The notes under the pieces are model-generated. The model did no database searches. It was not told where the DNA came from and saw only the letters and a list, made by a program, of their open reading frames with translations. A program made the translations under genes and the position numbers. From Eledone cirrhosa (taxonomy: Eukaryota): a stretch of DNA of 64,000 nt. The DNA is taken from positions 43,400,001 to 43,464,000 of the forward strand of contig OZ024750.1 in assembly GCA_964016885.1 (NCBI GenBank), read 5' to 3'. Numbering within the stretch: the first letter of the stretch is position 1; each line of letters starts with the position of its first letter. This document shows, piece after piece, positions 30,813 through 43,900 of the stretch.

Positions 30813-31430
30813 TGGTAGTAGTAGTTTTTGTATTAGTCGTTGTAGAAGTAGTAGTAGGAATAGTAGTTGTAGTAGTAGTAGCAGTGGTAGTAGCACTACT
30901 AGTGGTAGTAGCAGTAGAAGTAGTTGTAGTAGTAGTGGTAGTAGTAGTAGTAATGGTAGTATTAGTAGTAATGGTAGTAGTAGTAGTAGTAGTGGTAGTA
31001 GTAGTAGTAGTGGTATCTGTAGTAGTAGTAGTAGTAGTACTAGTAGTAGTGGTAGTAATAGTAGTAGTGGTAGTAGTAGTTTTTGTATTAGTCGTTGTAG
31101 AAGTAGTAGTAGGAATAGTAGTAGTAGTTATACTACTAGTGGTAGTAGCAGTAGAAGTAGTTGTAGTAGTAGTAGTGGTTGTAGTAGTAGTAGTGGTTGT
31201 AGTAGTAGTAATGGTAGTAGTAGTAGTAGTAGTGGTGGTAGTAGTAATAGTAGTAGTGGTAGTTGTAGTAATAGTAGTAGTACTAGTAGTAGTGGTAGTA
31301 GTAGTGGTAGTGGTAGTGTTAGTAGTAGTAGTAGTAATAGTTGTAGAAGTACTACTACTACTACTACTACTACTATTACTAGTAGTTATTGTATTATTCG
31401 TTGTAGTAGTAGTAGTAGTAGTAGTAGTAA
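30715..31430. repeat. (AGT)n trinucleotide tract
   Basis: Direct reading. Confidence 0.95.
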
Positions 31431-31783
31431 TTGTCTTTGAAGCACCACACCCCCACCACCGTCGCTACCACCCTTTCTAATTATTAGAACGGAACCCAGA
31501 GTGTCTGTTACCAGGTTCACCTGTCTCTGTCCTCCCTCTAGCCCCTCTCTACCCCTCTCTACCTCTCTCTAGCCCCTCTCTCTACTCCTCTCTACCACTC
31601 ACCACCTCTTCCTTGCACCCACCAAATTCCTCAGTCTTAGAGTTTCACTCCTTCATTCCACAACAGCCATTCATTGTCTCAGAACTTTTAATAACGAACA
31701 ATATTTGGTTTTGGGACTGACGAAGGAGGTGTGTATGCGTGTGTGTATGGCATGATGCGCGTGTACATGTGTGTATGTGTGTA

Positions 31784-31832
<49 letters not shown>

Positions 31833-31979
31833 GTATGTGTGAGTGAACGAAGTGTGTATGTGTATACACGCACACGTGCATATACATATATATATATGTA
31901 TATATATACATATATATATATATTTCGTTTCTGAATTTGTTTAGCAAGATTCTTTATCTGAAAACGTGTGTTGAAACCG

Positions 31980-32143
31980 ATATTGTTATACTTTGGGAGG
32001 GTCATGTTGCCAATAAGAAACACACGCACCAGTTGCTTTCACTTCAATTTATTATGATAAATTTATAAATTTATTATAATAAATTGAAGTGAATGCAACT
32101 GGTGCGTGTGTTTCTTATTGGCAACATGACCCTCCCAAAGTAT

Positions 32144-32150
<7 letters not shown>
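31980..32150. mobile_element. Near-perfect hairpin of a TA-adjacent repeat terminus (TATTGTTATACTTTGGGAGGGTCAT..., also near 18843, 19655, 33678)
   Basis: ~80-bp arms are reverse complements. Confidence 0.8.
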
Positions 32151-32228
<78 letters not shown>

Positions 32229-32308
32229 CATATATATATACATAGTGGTGGAACATTGGAATAGAAGTGGTTACACAACAGTTAGTTCACCATACCGAAA
32301 ACAATTGT

Positions 32309-32403
<95 letters not shown>

Positions 32404-32454
32404 TATATTATGGAATACTGTTGGCTTCTTGCTACAATACTTTCTATACCTTTC

Positions 32455-32513
<59 letters not shown>

Positions 32514-32515
<2 letters not shown>

Positions 32516-33072
32516 TAAAGCTAGTCCTTCATCAGTGATCTTCCAACCTTCATTGGTATTTCATCGATTTAAAGACCATATACCTCCGGTTGGTGCGAGC
32601 AACGGCTAAAGAAAGTCGTTGGGACACGTAAATAAGGAGAATGAGTAAGACTGTAAACAAACAAAGATGGTAATGCAACGAAAAGTGAACTTATGTTCAC
32701 CGAATTCAGGGACTAGACTCCTTCTTCCTCCCGTTTGACCTGCGCGGAATTCCTTCCTTGCTCACATTTCGACTAGGTTTGATGGTCTTTATTCTCTCTC
32801 GTTCACGATTTCACCGAACTTATATTCATGGAAATCTGGGACTTGACACTTTCTTCCTCACTTTTCGTTGCATTACCATCTTTGTTTGTTTACAGTCTCA
32901 CTCATTCCCCTTATTTACGTGTCCCAACGACTTTCTTTAGTCGTTGCTCGCACCAACCGGAGGTATATGGTCTTTAAATCGATGAAATACCAATGAAGGT
33001 TGGAAGATCATTGATGAGGGACTAACTTTATTAATATGTAACCCATTTGCAACCACGCAGCACGTTTGTTTT
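32514..33072 (+). mobile_element. Fold-back PLE-type element (arms 32514-32688 / 32858-33032, plus ~40-bp tail)
   Basis: 175-bp inverted arms; (TA)n on both sides. Confidence 0.75.
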
Positions 33073-33369
33073 TATATATATATATATATACATATCAATG
33101 TGAACTGCTATTTCTAATAGCCATCTTTTCACCCCTTGATAATTTGTGTGTGAGACACCTTGGCTGAGAGCTTCCAACAGGAACTAAAAGATTGATTCTT
33201 TTTAGCTACCCGTCCCCACGTAAAATTTATAAATCAGTGGCTAGTTAAGAGATAGAGTCCTATCGGTTGCCAGTTAATTGCCTTACCGTGTCGGTTGTCA
33301 CAAACAGTCATGACCAGCACGGGCCGGTGTTTGGATTATGTCGATCGATTGGTTATTGATTAGGTAATA

Positions 33370-33479
33370 CCCGCTGATGAAGCCGCATAAGCCGATTGTG
33401 CATTGTTGCATAATATATGCAGACAGATGGTTCAGTGCACCTTACTGCTGCATTAGTGCTGCAGAAACTCGAGTCCGGG
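33370..33479 (+). ncRNA. Hammerhead ribozyme with long (~83-nt) stem II
   Basis: CCCG-CTGATGA-[AGCCGCA...TGCTGCA]-GAAA-CTCGAG-TC-CGGG; palindromic stem III ACTCGAGT, GUC triplet. Confidence 0.75.
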
Positions 33480-33624
33480 AACCTTATAGGCACCCGTTTT
33501 ACGTGTGTTGTGTTGAGGCAAATAACTATGTGTATACTCTGGTAATGTATCTTACATTGCCCATTGAGTGCGCTGAGATACAACCGGTACTGGCATTGAT
33601 AAATATGCTGGGTCCGTCAATCCT

Positions 33625-33684
<60 letters not shown>

Positions 33685-34239
33685 ATACTTGAGGAGAGTC
33701 TTATTGTTGTAATAATATTGACAGAAATAATAACAGAACACACTAATTGTTTGGTTGGTTTTCGCTTCTGTATCTTTTATATCTCCATAGTTCATATAGA
33801 AAAACCAGACTTCCGGTGGTTTTCTGCTAGCATGTGTAGTGTGTATATTGATATTATACGCAAGTATATATACATGTAGATATGATACATCAAATCCTAA
33901 TTGATAATATACACAGAAATTGAACGAAGTCTGCATTACGCTGTCTTATGTAATCAGAAACGTAATCCATGATACATTAAAAAAGACGATATTATATATA
34001 AACTGCATTAGAAGAAAATTAGTGACGGAAAATTAGTATGTTTATTTAAGTGATCGCCACCGGAAATGTTGACATCACACACTCTCTCTTTCTATATATA
34101 TGGTAGTTGAAGTGGTGGTGGTGGTGGCAACGATATACCGGAAGTGCAACTTTGAAAAGAAGTCAATTTTAAATTATTTATTTTTACGAAATTATTTTTG
34201 TTTACGAAATTTAGTAGATAAATTATGCTTTGAATAAAT

Positions 34240-34426
34240 AATTGTTTCTACTTTAGGCACAAGGCCAGCAATTACCCAGTGCATTACTGGTACTTTATTT
34301 TATCGACCCCGTAAGGATGAAAGGCAAAGTCAACCTCGGCGGGATTTGAACTCAGATCGTAAAGGGACGTAACTATGCTGAAAGCATGGCGTCCGACCCT
34401 CTACCGATACTGCCAATCCACCGCCC
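34240..34426 (-). mobile_element. tRNA-SINE (subtype A), full length
   Basis: 18-bp TSD ATGCTTTGAATAAATAAT. Confidence 0.92.
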
Positions 34427-34643
34427 ATGCTTTGAATAAATAATGAATGAATATTACATAATTTATCTACTAAATTTCGTAAACAAAAATAATTTCGTAA
34501 AATTAAATAATTTAAAATTGACTTCTTTTCAAAGTTGCACTTCCGGTATATCGTTGCCACCACCACCACCACTTCAACTACCATATATATAGAAAGAGAG
34601 AGTGTGTGATGTCAACATTTCCGGTGGCGATCACTTAAATAAA

Positions 34644-34833
34644 GGGCGGTGAATTGGCAGTATCGGTAGAGGGTTGGACGCCATGCTTTCTAGCATAGTT
34701 ACGTCCCTTTACAGTCTGAGTTCAAATCCGGCCGAGGTTAACTTTGCCTTTCATCCTTCCGGGGTCGATAAAATAAAGTACCAGTAATGCACTGGGTAAT
34801 TGCTGGCCTTGTACCAAAAGTAGAAACAAATAT
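34644..34833 (+). mobile_element. tRNA-SINE (subtype A)
   Basis: A box TGGCAGTATCGG, B box GAGTTCAAATCC. Confidence 0.92.
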
Positions 34834-34849
34834 TTATTCAAAGTACTAC

Positions 34850-35042
34850 GGCGGTGAATTGGCAGTATCGGTAGAGGGTCGGACGCCATGCTTTGACGCA
34901 TAGAGTTACGGCCCTTGCCATTCCGAGTTCAACTCCCGCCGAGGTTAACTTTGCCATTCATCCTTACGGGGTCGATAAAATAAAGTACCAGTAATGCACT
35001 GGGATAATTGCTGGCCTTGTGCCAAAAATAAAAACAATTATT
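34850..35042 (+). mobile_element. tRNA-SINE (subtype B)
   Basis: A/B boxes; subtype-B middle AGAGTTACGGCCCTTGCCATT. Confidence 0.92.
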
Positions 35043-35232
35043 TATTCAAAGTAATCCAAATTATTTTACTAATGGGATAAAAAAGAAATAAACCGTACGC
35101 AGTCCCGCAGACCTTCCTTTATTATAGTTTAGATTAGATTCGTTTGCAATTAGGCAAACAAGCCTCAATTTTATAGCCATGTGAGTTGAATGAACCCTTC
35201 ATTCTTGCTCTTATGTTGGCATGCGAACAGAA

Positions 35233-35276
35233 CTGCAGACACTAATGTTTCTGGGTATCACCCTTCATCAGTACAG
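35233..35276 (-). ncRNA. Minimal type-I hammerhead ribozyme
   Basis: CTGTA-CTGATGA-A-GGGT(GAT)ACCC-A-GAAA-CA(TTAG)TG-TC-TGCAG; all three stems pair, GUC triplet. Confidence 0.85.
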
Positions 35277-35453
35277 CCCACTGTTTACCTGCCAAACTGT
35301 CAGAGCTAGTGAAAATATATGCTATTTTCAAAAATACACAGTGACTGATCGACCTGATTTGCATATTAGCAGACTGGCTGGTCAGTCAGATCTACATTGT
35401 ATTGTGGTATCGTATTATAGTGGTGATGAGGGTGATAGCGATGATGGTGACGT

Positions 35454-35487
<34 letters not shown>

Positions 35488-35526
35488 AACGACGAGGACG
35501 ACGATGGTGATGGTGGAGGTGATAAT

Positions 35527-35636
35527 AATTGTTTCTACTTTTGGCACAAGGCCAGCAATTACCCAGTGCATTACTGGTACTTTATTGTATCGACCCCGTA
35601 AGGATGAAAGGCAAAGTTAACCTCGGCGGGATTTGG
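35527..35636 (-). mobile_element. SINE 3' half fused to a GGT/GAT-rich tract
   Basis: SINE sequence ends at GGCGGGATTTG. Confidence 0.85.
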
Positions 35637-36750
35637 TGATGATGGCGATGATGATGGCGATGATGGTGGTGGTGCTGGTGGTTGTGATGGTGATGGTGAT
35701 GATGATGATGATGTGGTTGCTGGTGATGATGATGAAGATGGTGACGGTGGTGATGGTGATGGTGGTGGTGGTGGTGAAGGTGGTGGTGATGGAGGTGGTG
35801 GTGATGGTGGAGGTGGTAAGGAAGGGGATGGTGATGACAACGTCGACGATGAGGATTTTGGTGCTAATGCTCGGGATGATGATAGTGGTGGTGGTGGTGG
35901 TGGTGGTGGTAGTGGCGGTGGCAGTGGTAGTAGTAGTGGTGTTGGTAGTGGTAGTGGCGGTGGTAGTAGTGGTGGTGGCGGTGGTGGTAGTGGTGGTGGT
36001 GGTGGTGGTAGTGGCGGTGGTAGTGGCGGTGGTAGTAGTAGTGGTGTTGGTAGTGGTAGTGACGGTTGTAGTCGTGGTGGTGGTGGTGGTGGTAGTAGTG
36101 GTGTTGGTAGTGGCGGTGGTAGTGGTGGTGGTGGTGGTAGTAGTGGTGTTGGTGGTGGTGGTAGTGGCGGTGATAGTGGTTGTGGTGTTGGTAGTGTTTG
36201 TTAGTAGTAGTGTTGTGGTGGCGGTGGTAGTGATAGTAGTTGTGTTAGTGGTGGAAGTAGTAGTAGTGTTAGTGGTTGGTGGTATGGTAGTAGTAGTAGT
36301 AGTGTTGGTGGTGGTAGTAGTGTCGGCGGTGGTAGTGGTAGTAGTGGTAGTAGTGGTAGTAGTGTCGGTGGTGGTAGTGGTAGTAGTGTTAGTGGTTGCA
36401 ATGGTAGTGGTGGTAGTAGTGGTAGTAGTGTCGGCAGTGGTAGTGGTAGTAGTGTTAGTGGTAGCAATGGTAGTGGTAGTAGTGATAGCAGTGTTAGTAG
36501 TGGTAGTGGTGGTAGTGGTAGTAGTGTCGGTGGTGGTAGTGGTAGTAGTGTTAGTGGTTGCAATGGTAGTGGTGGTAGTAGTGGTAGTAGTGTCGGCGGT
36601 GGTAGTGGTAGTAGTGTTAGTGGTAGCAATGGTAGTGATAGTAGTAGTTAGTGGTGTTAGTGGTGGTAGGTGGTGGTAGTGTTGTGGTGGTGGTGGTATT
36701 GGTAGTAGTGCTAGTGGTAGCAATAGTAGGGGTAGTAGTGTCGGCGGTGA
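35637..36750. repeat. (GGT/AGT/GAT)n low-complexity tract
   Basis: Direct reading. Confidence 0.9.
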
Positions 36751-37310
36751 AGGTGCTGTAGCTATACAATAGAAAAAAACCATAATCATCACTTTGGACG
36801 TTAGAATCGATAACAAAAGCACACATCGCTATTTCACACTAATTGCAATCGATGACAATCATTTATTTCCTTAATTAAGTCATCCACTAATTCTGCTAAT
36901 TACCACATCACTTAATTAAATTGAATTCTTTGTTTTTCTTACTTTATTTTTTCTTGTTTTGGCAATATTTTTATTCAATAAATTTTTGGAAGGGAATATT
37001 TTTATATATTTTCTTCTGAAATATTTGTATGTTATTATTATCATTAAATATCATTATTATTATCATTAAATATCATTATTATCATTATTAAATATTATTA
37101 TTATCATTATTAAATATTATTATTATCATCATTATTAAATATTATTATTATCATTATTAAATATTAATATTATCATTATTAAATATCATTTGTAACGTTC
37201 TGTATTGTCCTGTACTGTCCTTAATGTCTTACTTTGTGTAAACCCTTGTGGTTAATAAAGAAATCATTATCATTATTAAATATTATTATTATCATTATTA
37301 AATATCATTG

Positions 37311-37500
37311 GTCGATTGGCAGTATCGGTAGAGGGTCGGGCGCCATGCTTTAAAGCATAGAGTTACGGCCCTTGCCATTCTGAGTTCAAATCCCGTCCAG
37401 GTTAACTTTGCCTTTCATCCTTACGGGGTCGATAAAATAAAGTACCAGTAATGTACTGGTATAATTGCTGGCCTTGTGTCAAAAAGTAGAAACAATTATT
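37311..37500 (+). mobile_element. tRNA-SINE (subtype B) in an (ATT)n tract
   Basis: A/B boxes and complete body. Confidence 0.9.
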
Positions 37501-37953
37501 AAATATTATTATTATCCCCTACATGTTGGCCCTTAAATATTATTATTATTATCATTATTAAATATTATTATTATCTTTATCAAATATTATCATCCTCATT
37601 ATCATTATAAATTATTGTCATTAACATTATTCTTAATATTCGTAATATATTATTTTAATTGTTGTTATTATTTGTTTTATTATTACCATAGCTAATGTTG
37701 ATATTGTTATTATTAATTGTATCATAGCTCATGTTATTCTCATGATTGTTTATTGCTGTTGTTGTTGATGCTGTTATTGTTGTTGTTTTTGTTGTTGATG
37801 CTGTTGTTGTTGTTGTTGCTATTGTTGTTGTTGTTGTCGCTGCTAATTCTAAATGTGAAATAACGATTGTGTGGCTGTTTAATTAAAATAGACCCCAACA
37901 TTTGTAAGACTGTTACAATAACTTTACTGCAAACTTCCACTTTTTCTCTTTAG

Positions 37954-40900
37954 TTTCCCATCAACACAGTATTACAACACCAGGTATGTAACATAGTTAC
38001 TATCAACACAGTATTACAACAACAGGTATGTAACATAGTTACTATCAACACAGTATTACAACACCAGGTATGTAACATAGTTACCATCAAAACAGTATTA
38101 CAACACCAGGTATGTAACATAGTTACTATCAACACAGTATTACAACACTAGGTATGTAACATAGTTACTATCAACACAGTATTACAACACCAGGTATGTA
38201 ACATAGTTACCATCAACACATCATTACAACACTAGGTATGTGACATAGTTACTATCAACACAGTATTACAACACCAGGTATGTAACATAGTTACCATCAA
38301 AACAGTATTACAACAACAGGTATGTAACATAGTTACTATCAACACAGTATTACAACACCAGGTATGTAACATAGTTACTATCAACACAGTATTACAACAC
38401 CAGGTATGTAACATAGTTACCATCAAAACAGTATTACAACACCAGGTATGTAACATAGTTACCATCAACACAGTATTACAACACCAGGTATGTAACATAG
38501 TTACCATCAACACATCATTACAACACTAGGTATGTAACATAGTTACCATCAACACATCATTACAACACTAGGTATGTAACATAGTTACTATCAACACAGT
38601 ATTACAACACCAGGTACGTGACATAGTTACTATCAACACAGTATTACAACACTAGGTATGTAACATAGTTACTATCAACACAGTATTACAACACTAGGTA
38701 TGTAACATAGTTACTATCAACACAGTATTACAACACTAGGTATGTAACATAGTTACTATCAACACAGTATTACAACACTAGGTATGTAACATAGTTACTA
38801 TCAACACAGTATTACAACACCAGGTATGTAACATAGTTACCATCAACACATCATTACAACACTAGGTATGTAACATAGTTACCATCAACACAGTATTACA
38901 ACACCAGGTATGTAACATAGTTACTATCAACACAGTATTACAACACCAGGTATGTAACATAGTTACCATCAACACAGTATTACAACACCAGGTATGTAAC
39001 ATAGTTACTATCAACACAGTATTACAACACCAGGTATGTAACATAGTTACCATCAACACAGTATTACAACACCAGGTATGTAACATAGTTACCATCAACA
39101 CAGTATTACAACACCAGGTATGTAACATAGTTACCATCAACACAGTATTACAACACCAGGTATGTAACATAGTTACTATCAACACAGTATTACAACACCA
39201 GGTATGTGACATAGTTACTATCAACACAGTATTACAACACCAGGTATGTAACATAGTTACTATCAACACAGTATTACAACACCAGGTATGTAACGTAGTT
39301 ACTATCAACACAGTATTACAACACCAGGTATGTAACATAGTTACTATCAACACAGTATTACAACACCAGGTATGTAACATAGTTACTATCAACACAGTAT
39401 TACAACACCAGGTATGTAACATAGTTACTATCAACACAGTATTACAACACTAGGTATGTAACATAGTTACTATCAAGACAGTATTACAACACTAGGTATG
39501 TAACATAGTTACTATCAACACAGTATTACAACACTAGGTATGTGACATAGTTACTATCAACACAGTATTACAACACTAGGTATGTGACATAGTTACTATC
39601 AACACAGTATTACAACACTAGGTATGTGACATAGTTACTATCAACACAGTATTACAACACTAGGTATGTAACATAGTTACTATCAACACAGTATTACAAC
39701 ACTAGGTATGTGACATAGTTACTATCAACACAGTATTACAACACTAGGTATGTGACATAGTTACTATCAACACAGTATTACAACACTAGGTATGTGACAT
39801 AGTTACTATCAACACAGTATTACAACACTAGGTATGTGACATAGTTACTATCAACACAGTATTACAACACTAGGTATGTGACATAGTTACTATCAACACA
39901 GTATTACAACACTAGGTATGTAACATAGTTACTATCAACACAGTATTACAACACTAGGTATGTGACATAGTTACTATCAACACAGTATTACAACACTAGG
40001 TATGTGACATAGTTACTATCAACACAGTATTACAACACTAGGTATGTGACATAGTTACTATCAACACAGTATTACAACACTAGGTATGTAACATAGTTAC
40101 TATCAACACAGTATTACAACACCAGGTATGTAACATAGTTACTATCAACACAGTATTACAACACTAGGTATGTAACATAGTTACTATCAACACAGTATTA
40201 CAACACCAGGTATGTAACATAGTTACTATCAACACAGTATTACAATACCAGGTATGTAACATAGTTACTATCAACACAGTATTACAACACCAGGTATGTA
40301 ACATAGTTACTATCAACACAGTATTACAACACCAGGTATGTAACATAGTTACCATCAACACAGTATTACAACACCAGGTATGTGACATAGTTACTATCAA
40401 AACAGTATTACAACACCAGGTATGTAACATAGTTACCATCAACACAGTATTACAACACCAGGTATGTGACATAGTTACTATCAAAACAGTATTACAACAC
40501 TAGGTATGTAACATAGTTACTATCAACACAGTATTACAACACCAGGTATGTAACATAGTTACTATCAACACAGTATTACAACACCAGGTATGTAACATAG
40601 TTACCATCAACACAGTATTACAACACCAGGTATGTGACATAGTTACTATCAACACTGTATTACAACACTAGGTATGTGACATAGTTACTATCAACACAGT
40701 ATTACAACACCAGGTATGTAACATAGTTACAATCAACACAGTATTACAACACCAGGTATGTGACATAGTTACTATCAACACAGTATTACAACACTAGGTA
40801 TGTGACATAGTTACTATCAAAACAGTATTACAACACTAGGTATGTAACATAGTTACTATCAACACAGTATTACAACACCAGGTATGTAACATAGTTACCA

Positions 40901-43900
40901 TCAACACAGTATTACAACACCAGGTATGTGACATAGTTACTATCAACACAGTATTACAACACTAGGTATGTAACATAGTTACTATCAACACAGTATTACA
41001 ACACCAGGTATGTAACATAGTTACTATCAACACAGTATTACAACACCAGGTATGTAACATAGTTACTATCAAAACAGTATTACAACACCAGGTATGTAAC
41101 ATAGTTACCATCAACACAGTATTACAACACCAGGTATGTAACATAGTTACTATCAACACAGTATTACAACACTAGGTATGTAACATAGTTACTATCAACA
41201 CAGTATTACAACACCAGGTATGTAACATAGTTACTATCAAAACAGTATTACAACACCAGGTATGTAACATAGTTACCATCAACACAGTATTACAACACCA
41301 GGTATGTGACATAGTTACTATCAACACAGTATTACAACACTAGGTATGTAACATAGTTACTATCAACACAGTATTACAACACTAGGTATGTAACATAGTT
41401 ACTATCAACACAGTATTACAACACCAGGTATGTAACATAGTTACTATCAACACAGTATTACAACACCAGGTATGTAACATAGTTACTATCAACACAGTAT
41501 TACAACACTAGGTATGTAACATAGTTACTATCAACACAGTATTACAACACTAGGTATGTAACATAGTTACTATCAACACAGTATTACAACACTAGGTATG
41601 TAACATAGTTACTATCAACACAGTATTACAACACTAGGTATGTAACATAGTTACTATCAACACAGTATTACAACACCAGGTATGTAACATAGTTACTATC
41701 AACACAGTATTACAACACTAGGTATGTAACATAGTTACTATCAACACAGTATTACAACACTAGGTATGTAACATAGTTACTATCAACACAGTATTACAAC
41801 ACAAGGTATGTAACATAGTTACTATCAACACAGTATTACAACACCAGGTATGTAACATAGTTACTATCAACACAGTATTACAACACCAGGTATGTAACAT
41901 AGTTACTATCAACACAGTATTACAACACCAGGTATGTGACATAGTTACTATCAACACAGTATTACAACACTAGGTATGTAACATAGTTACTATCAACACA
42001 GTATTACAACACCAGGTATGTAACATAGTTACTATCAACACAGTATTACAACACCAGGTATGTAACATAGTTACTATCAAAACAGTATTACAACACTAGG
42101 TATGTAACATAGTTACTATCAACACAGTATTACAACACCAGGTATGTAACATAGTTACTATCAACACAGTATTACAACACCAGGTATGTAACATAGTTAC
42201 TATCAACACAGTATTACAACACCTGGTATGTGACATAGTTACTATCAACACAGTATTACAACACCAGGTATGTAACATAGTTACTATCAACACAGTATTA
42301 CAACACCAGGTATGTGACATAGTTACTATCAACACAGTATTACAACACCAGGTATGTAACATAGTTACTATCAACACAGTATTACAACACTAGGTATGTA
42401 ACATAGTTACCATCAACACAGTATTACAATACCTGGTATCTGGCATAGTTACTATCAACACAGTATTACAACACCAGGTATGTGACATAGTTACTATCAA
42501 CACAGTATTACAACACTAGGTATGTAACATAGTTACTATCAACACAGTATTACAACACCAGGTATGTAACATAGTTACTATCAACACAGTATTACAACAG
42601 CAGGTATGTAACATAGTTACTATCAACACAGTATTACAACACCAGGTATGTAACATAGTTACTATCAACACAGTATTACAACACCAGGTACGTGACATAG
42701 TTACTATCAACACAGTATTACAACACCAGGTATGTGACATAGTTACTATCAACACATCATTACAACACCAGGTATGTAACATAGTTACTATCAAGACAGT
42801 ATTACAACACCAGGTATGTAACATAGTTACTATCAACACAGTATTACAACACCAGGTATGTGACATAGTTACTATCAACACAGTATTACAACACTAGGTA
42901 TGTAACATAGTTACTATCAACACAGTATTACAACACCAGGTATGTAACATAGTTACTATCAACACAGTATTACAACACCAGGTATGTAACATAGTTACTA
43001 TCAACACAGTATTACAACACCAGGTATGTAACATAGTTACTATCAACACAGTATTACAACACCAGGTATGTAACATAGTTACTATCAACACAGTATTACA
43101 ACACCAGGTATGTAACATAGTTACTATCAACACAGTATTACAACACCAGGTATGTAACATAGTTAATATCAACACAGTATTACAACACCAGGTATGTAAC
43201 ATAGTTACTATCAACACAGTATTACAACACTAGGTATGTGACATAGTTACCATCAACACAGTATTACAACACCAGGTATGTAACATAGTTACTATCAACA
43301 CAGTATTACAACACCAGGTATGTAACATAGTTACTATCAACACAGTATTACAACACCAGGTATGTGACATAGTTACTATCAACAGAGTATTACAACACTA
43401 GGTATGTAACATAGTTACTATCAACACAGTATTACAACACCAGGTATGTAACATAGTTACTATCAACACAGTATTACAACACCAGGTATGTAACATAGTT
43501 ACTATCAACACAGTATTACAACACTAGGTATGTAACATAGTTACTATCAACACAGTATTACAACACCAGGTATGTAACATAGTTACTATCAACACAGTAT
43601 TACAACACCAGGTATGTGACATAGTTACTATCAACACAGTATTACAACACCAGGTATGTAACATAGTTACTATCAACACAGTATTACAACACCAGGTATG
43701 TAACATAGTTACTATCAACACAGTATTACAACACCAGGTATGTAACATAGTTACTATCAACACTGTATTACAACACTAGGTATGTGACATAGTTACTATC
43801 AACACAGTATTACAACACCAGGTATGTAACATAGTTACTAACAACACAGTATTACAACACTAGGTATGTGACATAGTTACTATCAACACAGTATTACAAC

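Noticed and set aside
32960-33025. SECIS or twister ribozyme
   Set aside because: Helix II and AA spacing do not fit SECIS; twister conserved bases not found
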